From assembly GCA_937983635.1 (NCBI GenBank), contig CALJZR010000001.1, positions 1 through 45,689 on the forward strand: a stretch of 45,689 nt of DNA. Direction: 5' to 3'. The position numbers and the translations under genes are program-made. Each line of letters opens with the position of its first letter. The stretch's first letter is position 1. Shown here one piece after another: positions 10,504 through 19,397 of this stretch. The notes beneath the pieces were generated by a model. It saw only the letters and a program-made list of their open reading frames with translations. It ran no database searches and was not told the origin of the DNA. This DNA is from an uncultured bacterium. GTDB lineage: Bacteria; Patescibacteriota; Patescibacteriia; Patescibacteriales; UBA12465.

Positions 10504-12081
10504 ATGTCTTCTTTTTCTTGGCAAAAAATTAAATCAGCTTATCGGTGGCACCCTTGGCACGCCTATCTTTTATTAGCGTTAGCGGCGATTATTGTTTATA
10601 GTCAGACTCTTTTTTTCGACTATAGTTATTTTGACGACCAACATTTAATTCTCGAGCAGTCGGATATTTTAGAGCGGGCCAACCCGGGAGAAATATTTTT
10701 TAACGATGTTTTTTTTAGTAGCTCTAAAGTTTATTATCGCCCCCTCCTGATTGTTTCTTTGGCTTGGGATTGGTATTGGGGGCAGGGAACGGTTTTTGCT
10801 TTTCATTTTAGCAATTTTCTCCTACACATTATCGCCGCTTTTTTATTATTTTATCTTTTGCGTTTAATTAGGACTAAAGAGCAAACTGCTTTTTTTCTCA
10901 GTTTATTTTTTACGGTTCATCCGGCCTTAGCTCAGGCGGTCGCCTGGATCCCTGGACGCAATGATTCTTTGGTGGCGATTTTTATTTTCAGTATTTTGAT
11001 TTTTCTCTCGCGCTGGTTTCGGCAGGAAAGATTGTTTGATTTAATTTGTTTGTGGCTTTTATTTTTATTAGCTTTATTTACTAAGGAGACGGCGGCTTTA
11101 TTACCCTTGCTCGCTTTGGGTTGGGTTTTAGTTTTTGAAAGACCTTTTTTTACGTGGTTTAAATTGGGTTTGGCAACAGTCGGGGCAGTAGTGGCTGGTT
11201 TTATTTGGTATTTGACCCGGACAGCTGCCTTGGGGACTGCTGGGGGATTTTTGTGGGAATCGTTGCTCAATAATCTTTTGTCGCCTCTAATTTTCTTAGG
11301 TAAAGTATTTTTGCCTTTTAATTTATCGGTTTATCCCGTACCCGCTGATACTCCTTGGCTTTATGGGGTGGTGGTTTTACTGGCCTTAATCGCCCTATTA
11401 ATTTATTCGCGCCCTTTTTCTTGGCCCCGGGCTCTTTTTGGTTTTATTTGGTTTTGGTCATTTTTGGTATTAGGCTCCCTTCGTCCGGATAGTGAGTTAT
11501 TTCGTAATTTTTTAGAGCATCGTTTGTATGTTTCTTTTTTGGGAATTTTGATTATTTTGAGAGAAACCGAAAAATCTTGGCAGCGCTTGTCGCCTTTATG
11601 GCGTCGCCGGGCTTTAATTTTTATCTTTTCTCTGTTAATAGTATTGAATTGGCGGCATACTTGGAATTTTCAAGATCGTTTTCATTTTTGGAAGCAGGCG
11701 GTTGCCAGTTCACCGCACGCTCCTTTGGCGCATCGGAATTTAGGGGCGATGTATTATTTAGAGGGCGATTTAAACCAAGCAGAAGTTTTATTTCGCCGGG
11801 CTCTTACTCTTAACCCTCAGGAGCCGATGGCTCATAATAACTTGGCGGCAATTTATATTGATCGGCGAGATTTTTGGCGCGCGGAAAGTGAATTAAAAAA
11901 AGAATTAGAAATTAATCCTTTTTATGACTTAGCCTTTTTTAATCTCGGTCTGGTTTATTATGAGCGCGGCCTTTATCAGGAGGCTGGTGCTTTATGGCAG
12001 CAGACACTAAAAATTAATCCCCGCCATCAGGAAGCGGCGCGGATGCTAGAATTTTTAAATCAGAATTTAAAGGCACAATAG
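10504..12081 (+). CDS. Polytopic GT-C-like (PMT/TMTC-like) glycosyltransferase with C-terminal TPR repeats
   Basis: It has about 10 or more predicted TM helices and an acidic YFDDQH loop right after TM1, as in GT-C/TMTC enzymes. The C-terminus carries at least 3 TPR-like repeats (NLGAMYYLEGDLNQAEVLFRRALTLNP..., HNNLAAIY..., FNLGLVYYERGLYQEA...). Confidence 0.75.
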   Translation: MSSFSWQKIKSAYRWHPWHAYLLLALAAIIVYSQTLFFDYSYFDDQHLILEQSDILERANPGEIFFNDVFFSSSKVYYRPLLIVSLAWDWYWGQGTVFAFHFSNFLLHIIAAFLLFYLLRLIRTKEQTAFFLSLFFTVHPALAQAVAWIPGRNDSLVAIFIFSILIFLSRWFRQERLFDLICLWLLFLLALFTKETAALLPLLALGWVLVFERPFFTWFKLGLATVGAVVAGFIWYLTRTAALGTAGGFLWESLLNNLLSPLIFLGKVFLPFNLSVYPVPADTPWLYGVVVLLALIALLIYSRPFSWPRALFGFIWFWSFLVLGSLRPDSELFRNFLEHRLYVSFLGILIILRETEKSWQRLSPLWRRRALIFIFSLLIVLNWRHTWNFQDRFHFWKQAVASSPHAPLAHRNLGAMYYLEGDLNQAEVLFRRALTLNPQEPMAHNNLAAIYIDRRDFWRAESELKKELEINPFYDLAFFNLGLVYYERGLYQEAGALWQQTLKINPRHQEAARMLEFLNQNLKAQ

Positions 12082-12096
12082 CAATTATTTAAATTT

Positions 12097-13728
12097 ATGT
12101 TTTCTCTAAAAAAATTAATCAATGGACCTACTACTAGTATTACCGCTGCTGCCGCTTTGGTTGCCTTATTCTCGGTAGCTTCTCGTTTTTTAGGAGTGGT
12201 TAGAGATCATATTTTGGCCGGCCGCTTCGGCGCCGGTGCTGACTTGGATATTTACTTTGCCGCTTTTCGTGTGCCTGATTTTATTTATAATTTAGTGGTT
12301 TTAGGAGCGCTTTCGGCCGGATTTATTCCAGTTTTTTCTGAAATGATTAAAAAGAATCAGGCTTTGCCAAGCGAAAAAGAAAAACTTATTCGTCTCGCTA
12401 GCAATGTTTTTAACGCCTTACTATTATTATTGTGTTTTTTATCAATTTTAGGAATAATTTTCGCTGGGCCCTTAACTGCTTGGGTGGCCCCTGGTTTTAG
12501 CGCTGCCGATCAAGCACGGACCGCCGCTTTAACGAGAATTATGTTCTTATCGCCTTTATTTCTAGGGATGTCAGGAGTACTGGGGGGAATTTTGCAGAGT
12601 TATAAGCGTTTTTTTGTTTACTCCTTGTCACCCATTTTTTACAATCTCGGTATTATTTTTGGAGCAGTTGTCCTTTTTCGATTTTTTGGTTTAGAGGCTT
12701 TAGCTTGGGGGGTGGTGGTGGGGGCGGCCCTTCATTTTGCCGTTCAATTACCCTCGGTTTGGCGGCTGGGTTTTCGTTACCGTTTTTATTTAAATTTACG
12801 TGATCGGGGTTTACGTCAAATTGCCGGAATGATGGGGCCGCGGACTTTATCATTAGCGATATCCCAGGTTAATTTAGTGGCAATGACGTCATTAGCCTCG
12901 TCTTTGGACAGTGGTTCTTTAGCTATATTTAATCTGGCTAATAATTTGCAGTCTTTTCCTCTGGGTGTTTTCGGGATTTCTTTTGCTGTTGCCGCTTTTC
13001 CTTTTTTATCCGAACACGCCTATCACCCGGAAGAATTAAAGGCACGTTTTTCTTCAACCATCCGTCAGATTTTTTTCTTTGTGATTCCGGCTTCCGTGCT
13101 CTTAATTACCCTGAGAGCCCAGATTATCCGCGTAGTTTTAGGCAGCGGCGCTTTTAATTGGCGGGATACCATTTTAACTATGGATACTTTAGGATTCTTC
13201 GCGCTTAGCTTATTTGCGCAAGCAACCATTCCTTTATTGGTGCGAGTATTTTATGCCCGCCGGGATTCTTGGACGCCTTTTTATCTTGGACTTTTTTCGG
13301 TGGTTTTAAATATTGTATTAGCCACTTATTTACGCTCTCAGCTGGGAGTGGCCGGTCTCGCGCTCGCCTTTTCCATCGCTAGTATTGTTAATTTTTTCTC
13401 TCTTTGGATTTTTCTCTATTTTCAAGTTGGCTCTCTAGATTTGGATAAGATCTTTTTATCGGTATTGCGCTTTTCCGCTGCCGCCATTGGTGCGGGGGCG
13501 GTAGTGCAGGTTTTAAAAGTAGCCATTTGGCCTTTTATTGATATGAGTACTTTTGCCGGTGTTTTCGTTCAATTAATAGTGGCTGCCGGTGGCGGCTTGG
13601 TCGCCTACGCCCTTTTTTGTTACTTATTTAAGAGTGAGGAGCTTTTAGCCGCTGTCGCTATTTTTAAACAGAAGCTTCCTTGGAAGAAGGCAAAATTAGC
13701 CGATCAGGGCGAGGCTAGAGGTCTCTAA
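12097..13728 (+). CDS. murJ: Lipid II flippase MurJ (MviN family)
   Basis: The 543-aa polytopic protein opens with the MurJ signature SRFLGVVRDHILAGRFGAGADLDIYFAAFRVPDFIYNLVVLGALSAGFIPVF. Confidence 0.9.
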   Translation: MFSLKKLINGPTTSITAAAALVALFSVASRFLGVVRDHILAGRFGAGADLDIYFAAFRVPDFIYNLVVLGALSAGFIPVFSEMIKKNQALPSEKEKLIRLASNVFNALLLLLCFLSILGIIFAGPLTAWVAPGFSAADQARTAALTRIMFLSPLFLGMSGVLGGILQSYKRFFVYSLSPIFYNLGIIFGAVVLFRFFGLEALAWGVVVGAALHFAVQLPSVWRLGFRYRFYLNLRDRGLRQIAGMMGPRTLSLAISQVNLVAMTSLASSLDSGSLAIFNLANNLQSFPLGVFGISFAVAAFPFLSEHAYHPEELKARFSSTIRQIFFFVIPASVLLITLRAQIIRVVLGSGAFNWRDTILTMDTLGFFALSLFAQATIPLLVRVFYARRDSWTPFYLGLFSVVLNIVLATYLRSQLGVAGLALAFSIASIVNFFSLWIFLYFQVGSLDLDKIFLSVLRFSAAAIGAGAVVQVLKVAIWPFIDMSTFAGVFVQLIVAAGGGLVAYALFCYLFKSEELLAAVAIFKQKLPWKKAKLADQGEARGL

Positions 13729-13824
13729 AAACCTCTCTTGCCCGCCTCTAAGATTAATGTTATTGTGTTTTGGCAAGCCTTTATTTTTATAATTTTACCA
13801 AAAAATCTTTAATTATTAGCAATC

Positions 13825-15630
13825 ATGATTGAAACTATCAGCAAAATTAGAAATTTCGCTATTCTTGCCCATATTGACCACGGTAAGTCGACTTTGGCTG
13901 ACCGTATGCTGGAAATTACTGATACCGTGGATAAGCGCCGGATGAAGAATCAGATTTTAGACGGCATGGATATTGAAAGAGAGCGGGGTATTACCATTAA
14001 GCTTCAGCCTGTAACCATGGAATATCAAGGTTATCAGCTTAATCTTATTGACACTCCTGGCCACGTTGATTTTTCCTACGAAGTTTCCCGCTCCTTAGCA
14101 GCAGTGGAGACGGCCGTCTTGTTGGTCGACGCCACTCAAGGCATCCAAGCTCAAACCTTGGCCAACCTCTATTTAGCCTTAGAGCAAGATTTAACCATTA
14201 TTCCGGTGGTTAATAAAATTGATTTACCGGCTGCGAATGTCCCGAAGACGAAAGCAGAAATTTCCCGTTTACTTGGTTGCAGAGAAGACGAAATCCTTTG
14301 TGCCTCGGGTAAAACCGGGGAAGGGGTGAAAGAAATTTTACAGGCGGTGATTGAACGTGGCTTACCCCCGCGGCCCGCGGCTGGTGATAGTGCGCGCGCT
14401 TTAATTTTTGACTCTAAATACGATGAGTATAAGGGGGTGGTGGCCTTCATCCGCGTTTTTGATGGAGAAATTAAGAAGGGTGACCCGATTAATTTACTGG
14501 CAACTAAGGCTAGGAGCGAAACTTTAGATATTGGCGTCTTTAAACCTGAATATCACTCCACTGGCTCTCTGAAGGCCGGTGGTATCGGTTATATCGTTAC
14601 TGGTTTTAAACAAGTTGGTGATTGTCGGGTTGGCGATACTTTAGTGGCGGGTGCTGGTCGGGATTCCGCTGCCGCCTTGGAAGGCTACAAGGAAGTGAAA
14701 CCTATGGTTTTTGCTGGCATCTTCCCTCGGGGGGGGAATGATTTAGAAGATTTGCGGGAAGCGATGGAGAAATTAAAGTTGAACGACGCCGCTCTATCAT
14801 ATGAGCCGGAAAGGTCAGACGCTCTTGGCTTCGGTTTTCGCTGTGGTTTTTTAGGTTTATTACATTTAGAGATATTTCAAGAAAGATTACGCCGAGAATA
14901 CAATTTAGATTTGATTGTCACTGTTCCCAGTGTGGCTTATCGGGTAAAAAAGAAAAGTGGGGAAGAAGTAATTGTCCGGACGCCGCAACGTTTACCTGAT
15001 CCGAGTGAGATTGATTCCGTGGAAGAGCCTTGGGTAACTTTGGATATTATCACTCCGCAAATATATATCGGTAATATTATGAGCTTATCTCAAGATAAGC
15101 GGGGGATTTATAAAAATACCGAATATATTTCGGCGGGTAGCGATGAAGCCCGGGCGATTTTGCATTATGATATGCCTTTATCCGCTATTTTGACCGATTT
15201 TTATGATAAGATTAAGAGTGTTTCCGCCGGCTATGCTTCCATTAATTATGATTATCTAGATTATCGCTCAGCTGACGTGGTAAAACTTGATATTATGGTA
15301 GCGGAAGAGCCGATAGAAGCTTTAGCCACGATCGTTTATCGTGATGATGCTTTCCGTGAAGGCAAGGAAATTGTAGAAATTCTTAAAGATACTTTACCGC
15401 GCCAGATGTTTGTCTTGAAAATTCAGGCGGCGATTGGGGGTAAGGTTGTCGCGGCAGAAAGATTGTCGGCGATGCGCAAGGATGTGACTGCTAAACTCTA
15501 TGGCGGCGATGTCAGTCGTAAACGGAAGTTGTTGGAAAAACAAAAGAAAGGAAAGAAGAAAATGATGGCCGCTGGCAAAGGCAGCGTGGAAATTCCTTCC
15601 GATACTTTTGTGAAGATTTTAAAGAGATAA
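13825..15630 (+). CDS. lepA: Translation elongation factor 4 (LepA)
   Basis: IRNFAILAHIDHGKSTLADRML, DTPGHVDF and NKIDL GTPase motifs, plus the LepA-specific C-terminal domain (...KLYGGDVSRKRKLLEKQKKGKKKM). Confidence 0.97.
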   Translation: MIETISKIRNFAILAHIDHGKSTLADRMLEITDTVDKRRMKNQILDGMDIERERGITIKLQPVTMEYQGYQLNLIDTPGHVDFSYEVSRSLAAVETAVLLVDATQGIQAQTLANLYLALEQDLTIIPVVNKIDLPAANVPKTKAEISRLLGCREDEILCASGKTGEGVKEILQAVIERGLPPRPAAGDSARALIFDSKYDEYKGVVAFIRVFDGEIKKGDPINLLATKARSETLDIGVFKPEYHSTGSLKAGGIGYIVTGFKQVGDCRVGDTLVAGAGRDSAAALEGYKEVKPMVFAGIFPRGGNDLEDLREAMEKLKLNDAALSYEPERSDALGFGFRCGFLGLLHLEIFQERLRREYNLDLIVTVPSVAYRVKKKSGEEVIVRTPQRLPDPSEIDSVEEPWVTLDIITPQIYIGNIMSLSQDKRGIYKNTEYISAGSDEARAILHYDMPLSAILTDFYDKIKSVSAGYASINYDYLDYRSADVVKLDIMVAEEPIEALATIVYRDDAFREGKEIVEILKDTLPRQMFVLKIQAAIGGKVVAAERLSAMRKDVTAKLYGGDVSRKRKLLEKQKKGKKKMMAAGKGSVEIPSDTFVKILKR

Positions 15631-15670
15631 TAATTAAAAGGTTTAATTTCTTAAATCTCCCTATATTAAT

Positions 15671-15769
15671 ATGAAACGTCGTAAAATTGTGAAAATTGCG
15701 TGGACAGTAATGTCGATTATTATTATGATTTCTATGTTGGCCTGGACTTTTGGGGCGATGTTTTTCTAA
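15671..15769 (+). CDS. Candidate 32-aa small membrane protein (below the ORF-track cutoff)
   Basis: ATG at 15671. It translates to MKRRKIVKIAWTVMSIIIMISMLAWTFGAMFF*, a basic N-terminus plus one hydrophobic helix. It fills the otherwise empty lepA-recJ spacer on the same strand. Confidence 0.4.
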   Translation: MKRRKIVKIAWTVMSIIIMISMLAWTFGAMFF

Positions 15770-15775
15770 ATTTGT

Positions 15776-17602
15776 ATGAAAAAACAGTGGCAAATAGCTG
15801 AGGCTCCGCCTTCTGATTTTTTTTCGTCTTTAGCCGAGATTAATCCGATTTTAGCGGGAATTTTGTGGAATCGGGGTCTTCATAACACTGAAGCCGCTCG
15901 GGCTTTTTTAAGTGACGATATTGACCCTGCTCTTGTTTTAGATTTTGCCGGTGATGATTCTTTACGCTTTTATAATCCTTTTCTGTTTCGAGACATGCAG
16001 GCGGCGGTTGATTTAATTATCAGTCATTTGAAAGCAGGCAATAAAATTGTAGTGTATGGAGATTATGATGCCGATGGCGTTACTTCCTCAGCTGTCTTAG
16101 CGCAAGCCCTCAAAACTCTTCATGCTCAAGTAGAGGTGTATCTGCCCGATCGTGTCAGTGAGGGTTATGGTTTAAATAAGACCGCTTTAGAACAAATTAA
16201 AGAGCAGGGTTTTTCCTTAGTTATCACCGTTGATAATGGTATTCGTAATAAAGAAGAAGTGGATTATGCCCGCAACCTAGGCTTGGATGTCATTATTACT
16301 GATCATCACGTTTTGCCCGAGGGTAAAGAAAATCTGCCCAATTGTCCGGTAATCGATCCGGCTGATGCCAGCGATCATTACCCCTGGCCATTTTTAGCAG
16401 GAGTTGGCGTTGCCTTTAAATTAGTTTGTGCTCTTTTGCATCAGTCTAAATTAGAAATATCACAGAAACGTTTAATTGCCGAGCGGGCTTTAGATTTAGT
16501 AGCGGTTGGTACTATCGCCGATATGGTCAGCTTGCTGGGAGAAAATCGTTGGCTCGTAAAACGAGGTTTGGTGATTTTAAATCAGGCTCGCCGTCCTGGT
16601 TTAAATGCTTTATTTAAGACCGCTAAAATTGCGCTGGACCGACCCTTGGAGGCTTGGAATGTCGGTTGGCAGTTAGGTCCACGTTTAAATGCAGCGAGCC
16701 GCGTTGGCCATGCCAATAGCGCCTTTGCTTTAATTAGTGCGGAGTCAGAAGATGAGGCGCGCGATTTGGCGCAAGAACTTAATCAGCGCAATTTAAATCG
16801 TCAGCAGATTACCGAAGAAATTATTAAACAAGTAGAGGCACAAATTGATCCCGAAAATCTTCCTGCTTTGATTGTTGGTGTTGCCGGCGAAGATCAATTT
16901 TGGAACGAAGGAGTTGTTGGTTTAGTTTCTGGAAAGATTTGTGAAAAGTATCACCGCCCTACGCTGGTAATCGCTCGCATTGTTGAAGAGGCGGGGGCAG
17001 ATTTAGAGTCTGGAAAGATGCAGGCGACTAAGTTGAGCTTTAAAGGCTCCGGACGTTCAATCGAAGGCTTTAACCTTATCGCGGCAGTGGAAGAATGTTC
17101 TGAATTTTTAGATAAATATGGAGGACATCCGATGGCTTGCGGTTTTTCTATTGATGATGAAGAAAAATTGTCTGCATTTCGGGAAAGACTTCTGGCTTTA
17201 GCAACTGAGCGCCTTACCCCTGAGGTTCTAGCTCCTAAATTACACCTTGACGCTATTTTGCCTTTTTCTCAGATCAGTCTTTCTTTGGCTGAAGAAATTA
17301 ATGATCTAGCTCCTTTTGGCCAAAATAATCCTCAACCACGTTTTGCCAGTTTTGCTTTAAGGGTTGATGATATTGTCTTAATGGGCAGCGACCGTCAGCA
17401 TATTAAGTTGCGCTTGTCTGCCGCTAAAGAGCCGGCTGCCGCTTCTTTTTGGGCTTTAGCCTTTAGCACAGCAACGGCCTATAAAAATGTACAAATTGGC
17501 GATTTAATTGATCTTGCTTATTATCTTGATATTAATGAATTTAATGGTCGTCGGGAAGCGCAGTTAAAGATTATTGATTGGCGCCAACACGAGGAGCTTT
17601 AA
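15776..17602 (+). CDS. recJ: Single-stranded-DNA-specific exonuclease RecJ
   Basis: DHH-family motifs VVYGDYDADGVTS, ITVDNGI and IITDHH, plus the DHHA1 motif GGHPMACG. Confidence 0.93.
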   Translation: MKKQWQIAEAPPSDFFSSLAEINPILAGILWNRGLHNTEAARAFLSDDIDPALVLDFAGDDSLRFYNPFLFRDMQAAVDLIISHLKAGNKIVVYGDYDADGVTSSAVLAQALKTLHAQVEVYLPDRVSEGYGLNKTALEQIKEQGFSLVITVDNGIRNKEEVDYARNLGLDVIITDHHVLPEGKENLPNCPVIDPADASDHYPWPFLAGVGVAFKLVCALLHQSKLEISQKRLIAERALDLVAVGTIADMVSLLGENRWLVKRGLVILNQARRPGLNALFKTAKIALDRPLEAWNVGWQLGPRLNAASRVGHANSAFALISAESEDEARDLAQELNQRNLNRQQITEEIIKQVEAQIDPENLPALIVGVAGEDQFWNEGVVGLVSGKICEKYHRPTLVIARIVEEAGADLESGKMQATKLSFKGSGRSIEGFNLIAAVEECSEFLDKYGGHPMACGFSIDDEEKLSAFRERLLALATERLTPEVLAPKLHLDAILPFSQISLSLAEEINDLAPFGQNNPQPRFASFALRVDDIVLMGSDRQHIKLRLSAAKEPAAASFWALAFSTATAYKNVQIGDLIDLAYYLDINEFNGRREAQLKIIDWRQHEEL

Positions 17603-17620
17603 TTATTCTTATTAATATTT

Positions 17621-18022
17621 ATGAAGTTAATTATTCATTCTGACGGCGGCGCTCGCGGCAACCCCGGGCCAGCGGGTATCGGGGCAATTATTAACAGGGA
17701 AGACGGGCAAGTCGTTGCCGAGATTTCTCAATTTCTTGGCCACGCTACTAATAATCAAGCGGAGTATCAGGCTTTATTAGCCGGCTTAGAAAAGGCGGTA
17801 ATCTTAGGGGCAGACACGCTTGATTGTTTCTTAGATAGCGAGTTGGTAGTGAAGCAGATTAATCGGGAGTATAAGGTAAAGAATAAGGAGCTAGCGCCTT
17901 TATTTTTGAAAGTTTATAATCTCACTACTAAATTTAAGAATATCCGCTTTATTCACATTCCGCGGGAGCAGAATAAAGAGGCGGACCGATTGGCTAATGA
18001 GGCGATGGATCGAGGAGTGTAA
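17621..18022 (+). CDS. rnhA: Ribonuclease HI-like protein
   Basis: 133 aa with SDGGARGNPGPAGIG, NNQAEYQALL, DSELVVKQ and NKEADRLAN, carrying the RNase H type 1 catalytic D/E/D/D arrangement. Confidence 0.85.
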   Translation: MKLIIHSDGGARGNPGPAGIGAIINREDGQVVAEISQFLGHATNNQAEYQALLAGLEKAVILGADTLDCFLDSELVVKQINREYKVKNKELAPLFLKVYNLTTKFKNIRFIHIPREQNKEADRLANEAMDRGV

Positions 18023-18036
18023 ATTTGTTGATAATC

Positions 18037-18066
18037 AAAAAACTATCTTTATGAAGATAGTTTTTT
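18037..18066. terminator. Bidirectional intrinsic terminator between convergent rnhA and the por/pilin-like operon
   Basis: AAAAAACTATCTT (18037-18049), loop TATGA, AGATAGTTTTTT (18055-18066). The A-tract upstream and T-tract downstream let it work on both strands. Confidence 0.6.
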
Positions 18067-18092
18067 ATTTTTTCATTTCTTTCTTTATACCT

Positions 18093-19397
18093 TTAGCGAC
18101 CACTAGGCGACCAGTGCCAAGGTTCGTTGGGGCTTGAGTTGAGATTGGCGTATAGACCCTGGGCATTCATACAGGCAGTTAAGCCTGAAGAATTATTATG
18201 GTCCCAAGTCATTTTTTTGCCATCTAGGCGGTAAAGGTCTAAGGCTACTCCTTTGCCATGATTGGAGCAACAAGGGGTAGCTGCTTGGGTGCCTTTTTCT
18301 GCTTTTATGGATATTTGTCGGGCCGGGGAGCGCCAAGCCGCACTTACTCCAAAGATATTTTTGCCCCCATTTTTTTCGCGGACGCAAGCCATCGCGGTAT
18401 TATATTTTTCTACAATTTCACTTTTTGCTTTAAGATTAGTACCAGCAATATTGGTCATTTTTCCTGGTTCCTGTTCGCCGTAGCCACGACAAATAGATAA
18501 ATCTCCATTTCTCGCAGCGGTGCAGCCTTCTTGATAAGGATTTTCTGCTTGGTCATTGGGCGTTGAAACTTCGGCGTCAGAGAAGTTTGTAGTTTCCAGC
18601 ATTTTTAGAGAGATAGATTTTAAGTTATTTAAGTCAGGGTTAATCTGGTCAAGAATCAGGTAGGTGCCCATGAGAATGATGATTCCGGTGACACTGCCTA
18701 AAATTAAATCTTTAGCCTGGCTTATTTTTGAAGCATCGCCGGCCGAGACTAGCCAGAGCAGGCCTCCGGCCATTAAGACAATCGCCGCGAGGATGCCGCC
18801 AACACCTAGGCCATATTTATAGACTCCTTGGATGTATTGGGCAATCCAGGGGATTTTACATGTTCCTGAATGGTCTTCTTGATTGGTGCAATAGGCGTCA
18901 GTGAGTTCGACGGTGTTAATAGGGATGGACATGATAGGAATTTGGAACTTAGCTTTAGTTATCCCAGATTCTTCTTCTCCCCCCGGGCAACAACAGATTG
19001 GTGGCATGTTTTGGCCGTTTACCATTTGATTGTCGGGTTTATTATCGGGGTCACATTTAGCATCCTCATCTTTTGTTTCTGTTTTTTTACATTCAGGGCT
19101 ATGGTGAGACCAGTCGTTGGGATAACCTAGTTCGATTCCAGTTAATGATTTTTGCCACCGGCAGTCGTAAGTAGTAGATATTTTGCAACAACACACCTGA
19201 TTTTCGGCTGGTATTCCGTTGCCGCAATTAAGGTGATAAGCTTCCATTCGTCCACCAGAAAGGAAGCAGGCTCCAGATGAAGTTTGACCAGTGGGTATTG
19301 TTTCTAGGCTGCAATTTTCCATTTTTGTTTCTGCCGTTGCTGAAAGTAATGGTAAAAATAGAGATATGATGGTAAAAATAAAAATTTTCTTTTTCAT
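18093..19397 (-). CDS. Exported Cys-rich protein: signal peptide, Cys-rich region, VirB2/TrbC-like 'T4SS pilin' two-TM core, C-terminal VanY/M15-type peptidase domain
   Basis: Signal peptide: MKKKIFIFTIISLFLPLLSATA. The N-terminal region (aa 29-180) has 15 Cys, including CCC triplets. The core is YGLGVGGILAAIVLMAGGLLWLVSAGDASKISQAKDLILGSVTGIIILMGTYLILDQINP. The C-terminus has WRSPARQ, S-N-H-G-K-G-V-A-L-D (SxHxxGxAxD) and E-P-W-H (ExxH), the zinc D,D-/L,D-peptidase M15 motifs. The start overlaps the porB stop (ATGA). Confidence 0.8.
   Translation of the reverse strand: MKKKIFIFTIISLFLPLLSATAETKMENCSLETIPTGQTSSGACFLSGGRMEAYHLNCGNGIPAENQVCCCKISTTYDCRWQKSLTGIELGYPNDWSHHSPECKKTETKDEDAKCDPDNKPDNQMVNGQNMPPICCCPGGEEESGITKAKFQIPIMSIPINTVELTDAYCTNQEDHSGTCKIPWIAQYIQGVYKYGLGVGGILAAIVLMAGGLLWLVSAGDASKISQAKDLILGSVTGIIILMGTYLILDQINPDLNNLKSISLKMLETTNFSDAEVSTPNDQAENPYQEGCTAARNGDLSICRGYGEQEPGKMTNIAGTNLKAKSEIVEKYNTAMACVREKNGGKNIFGVSAAWRSPARQISIKAEKGTQAATPCCSNHGKGVALDLYRLDGKKMTWDHNNSSGLTACMNAQGLYANLNSSPNEPWHWSPSGR
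18096..18440 (-). other. VanY/peptidase M15-like domain within the 434-aa protein
   Basis: aa ~320-434 carry RS-x3-Q, SxHxxGxAxD and ExxH in the canonical order and spacing. Confidence 0.65.
18603..18845 (-). other. T4SS-pilin-like (VirB2/TrbC-like) two-helix core, copy A
   Basis: aa ~185-265. It is near-identical in pattern to copy B at 20847-21098, sharing GGILAAIVLMAGG, SAG, SQAK, TG and INPDL. Confidence 0.6.

Noticed and set aside
10333-11813. ORFs overlapping the GT2/GT-C genes: antisense 10333-10524 and 10932-11270, and 11577-11813 on the same strand but in another frame.
   Set aside because: They are embedded in well-supported membrane or GT genes. Their translations are Lys/Pro/Arg-rich mirror images of hydrophobic coding sequence.
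12653-12853. Antisense ORF with a PPPPPPP run, and the underlying G-rich tract (about 12705-12730, GGGGGGTGGTGGTGGGGGCGG) as a possible G-quadruplex.
   Set aside because: The tract simply encodes AWGVVVGAA within a MurJ TM helix. The antisense ORF is a shadow. The G-runs are too irregular to call a G4 without computation.
13729-13824. Promoter-like TTGGCA...TATAAT and a hairpin at the murJ stop.
   Set aside because: The spacer between TTGGCA (13770-13775) and TATAAT (13788-13793) is only 12 bp. The AGAGGT/ACCTCT hairpin has no T-run. Neither meets the criteria.
15512-15793. 93-aa minus-strand ORF bridging the lepA end and the recJ start.
   Set aside because: It overlaps both conserved genes and has a low-complexity His/Asn/Arg-rich translation. 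The plus-strand 32-codon ORF explains the spacer better.
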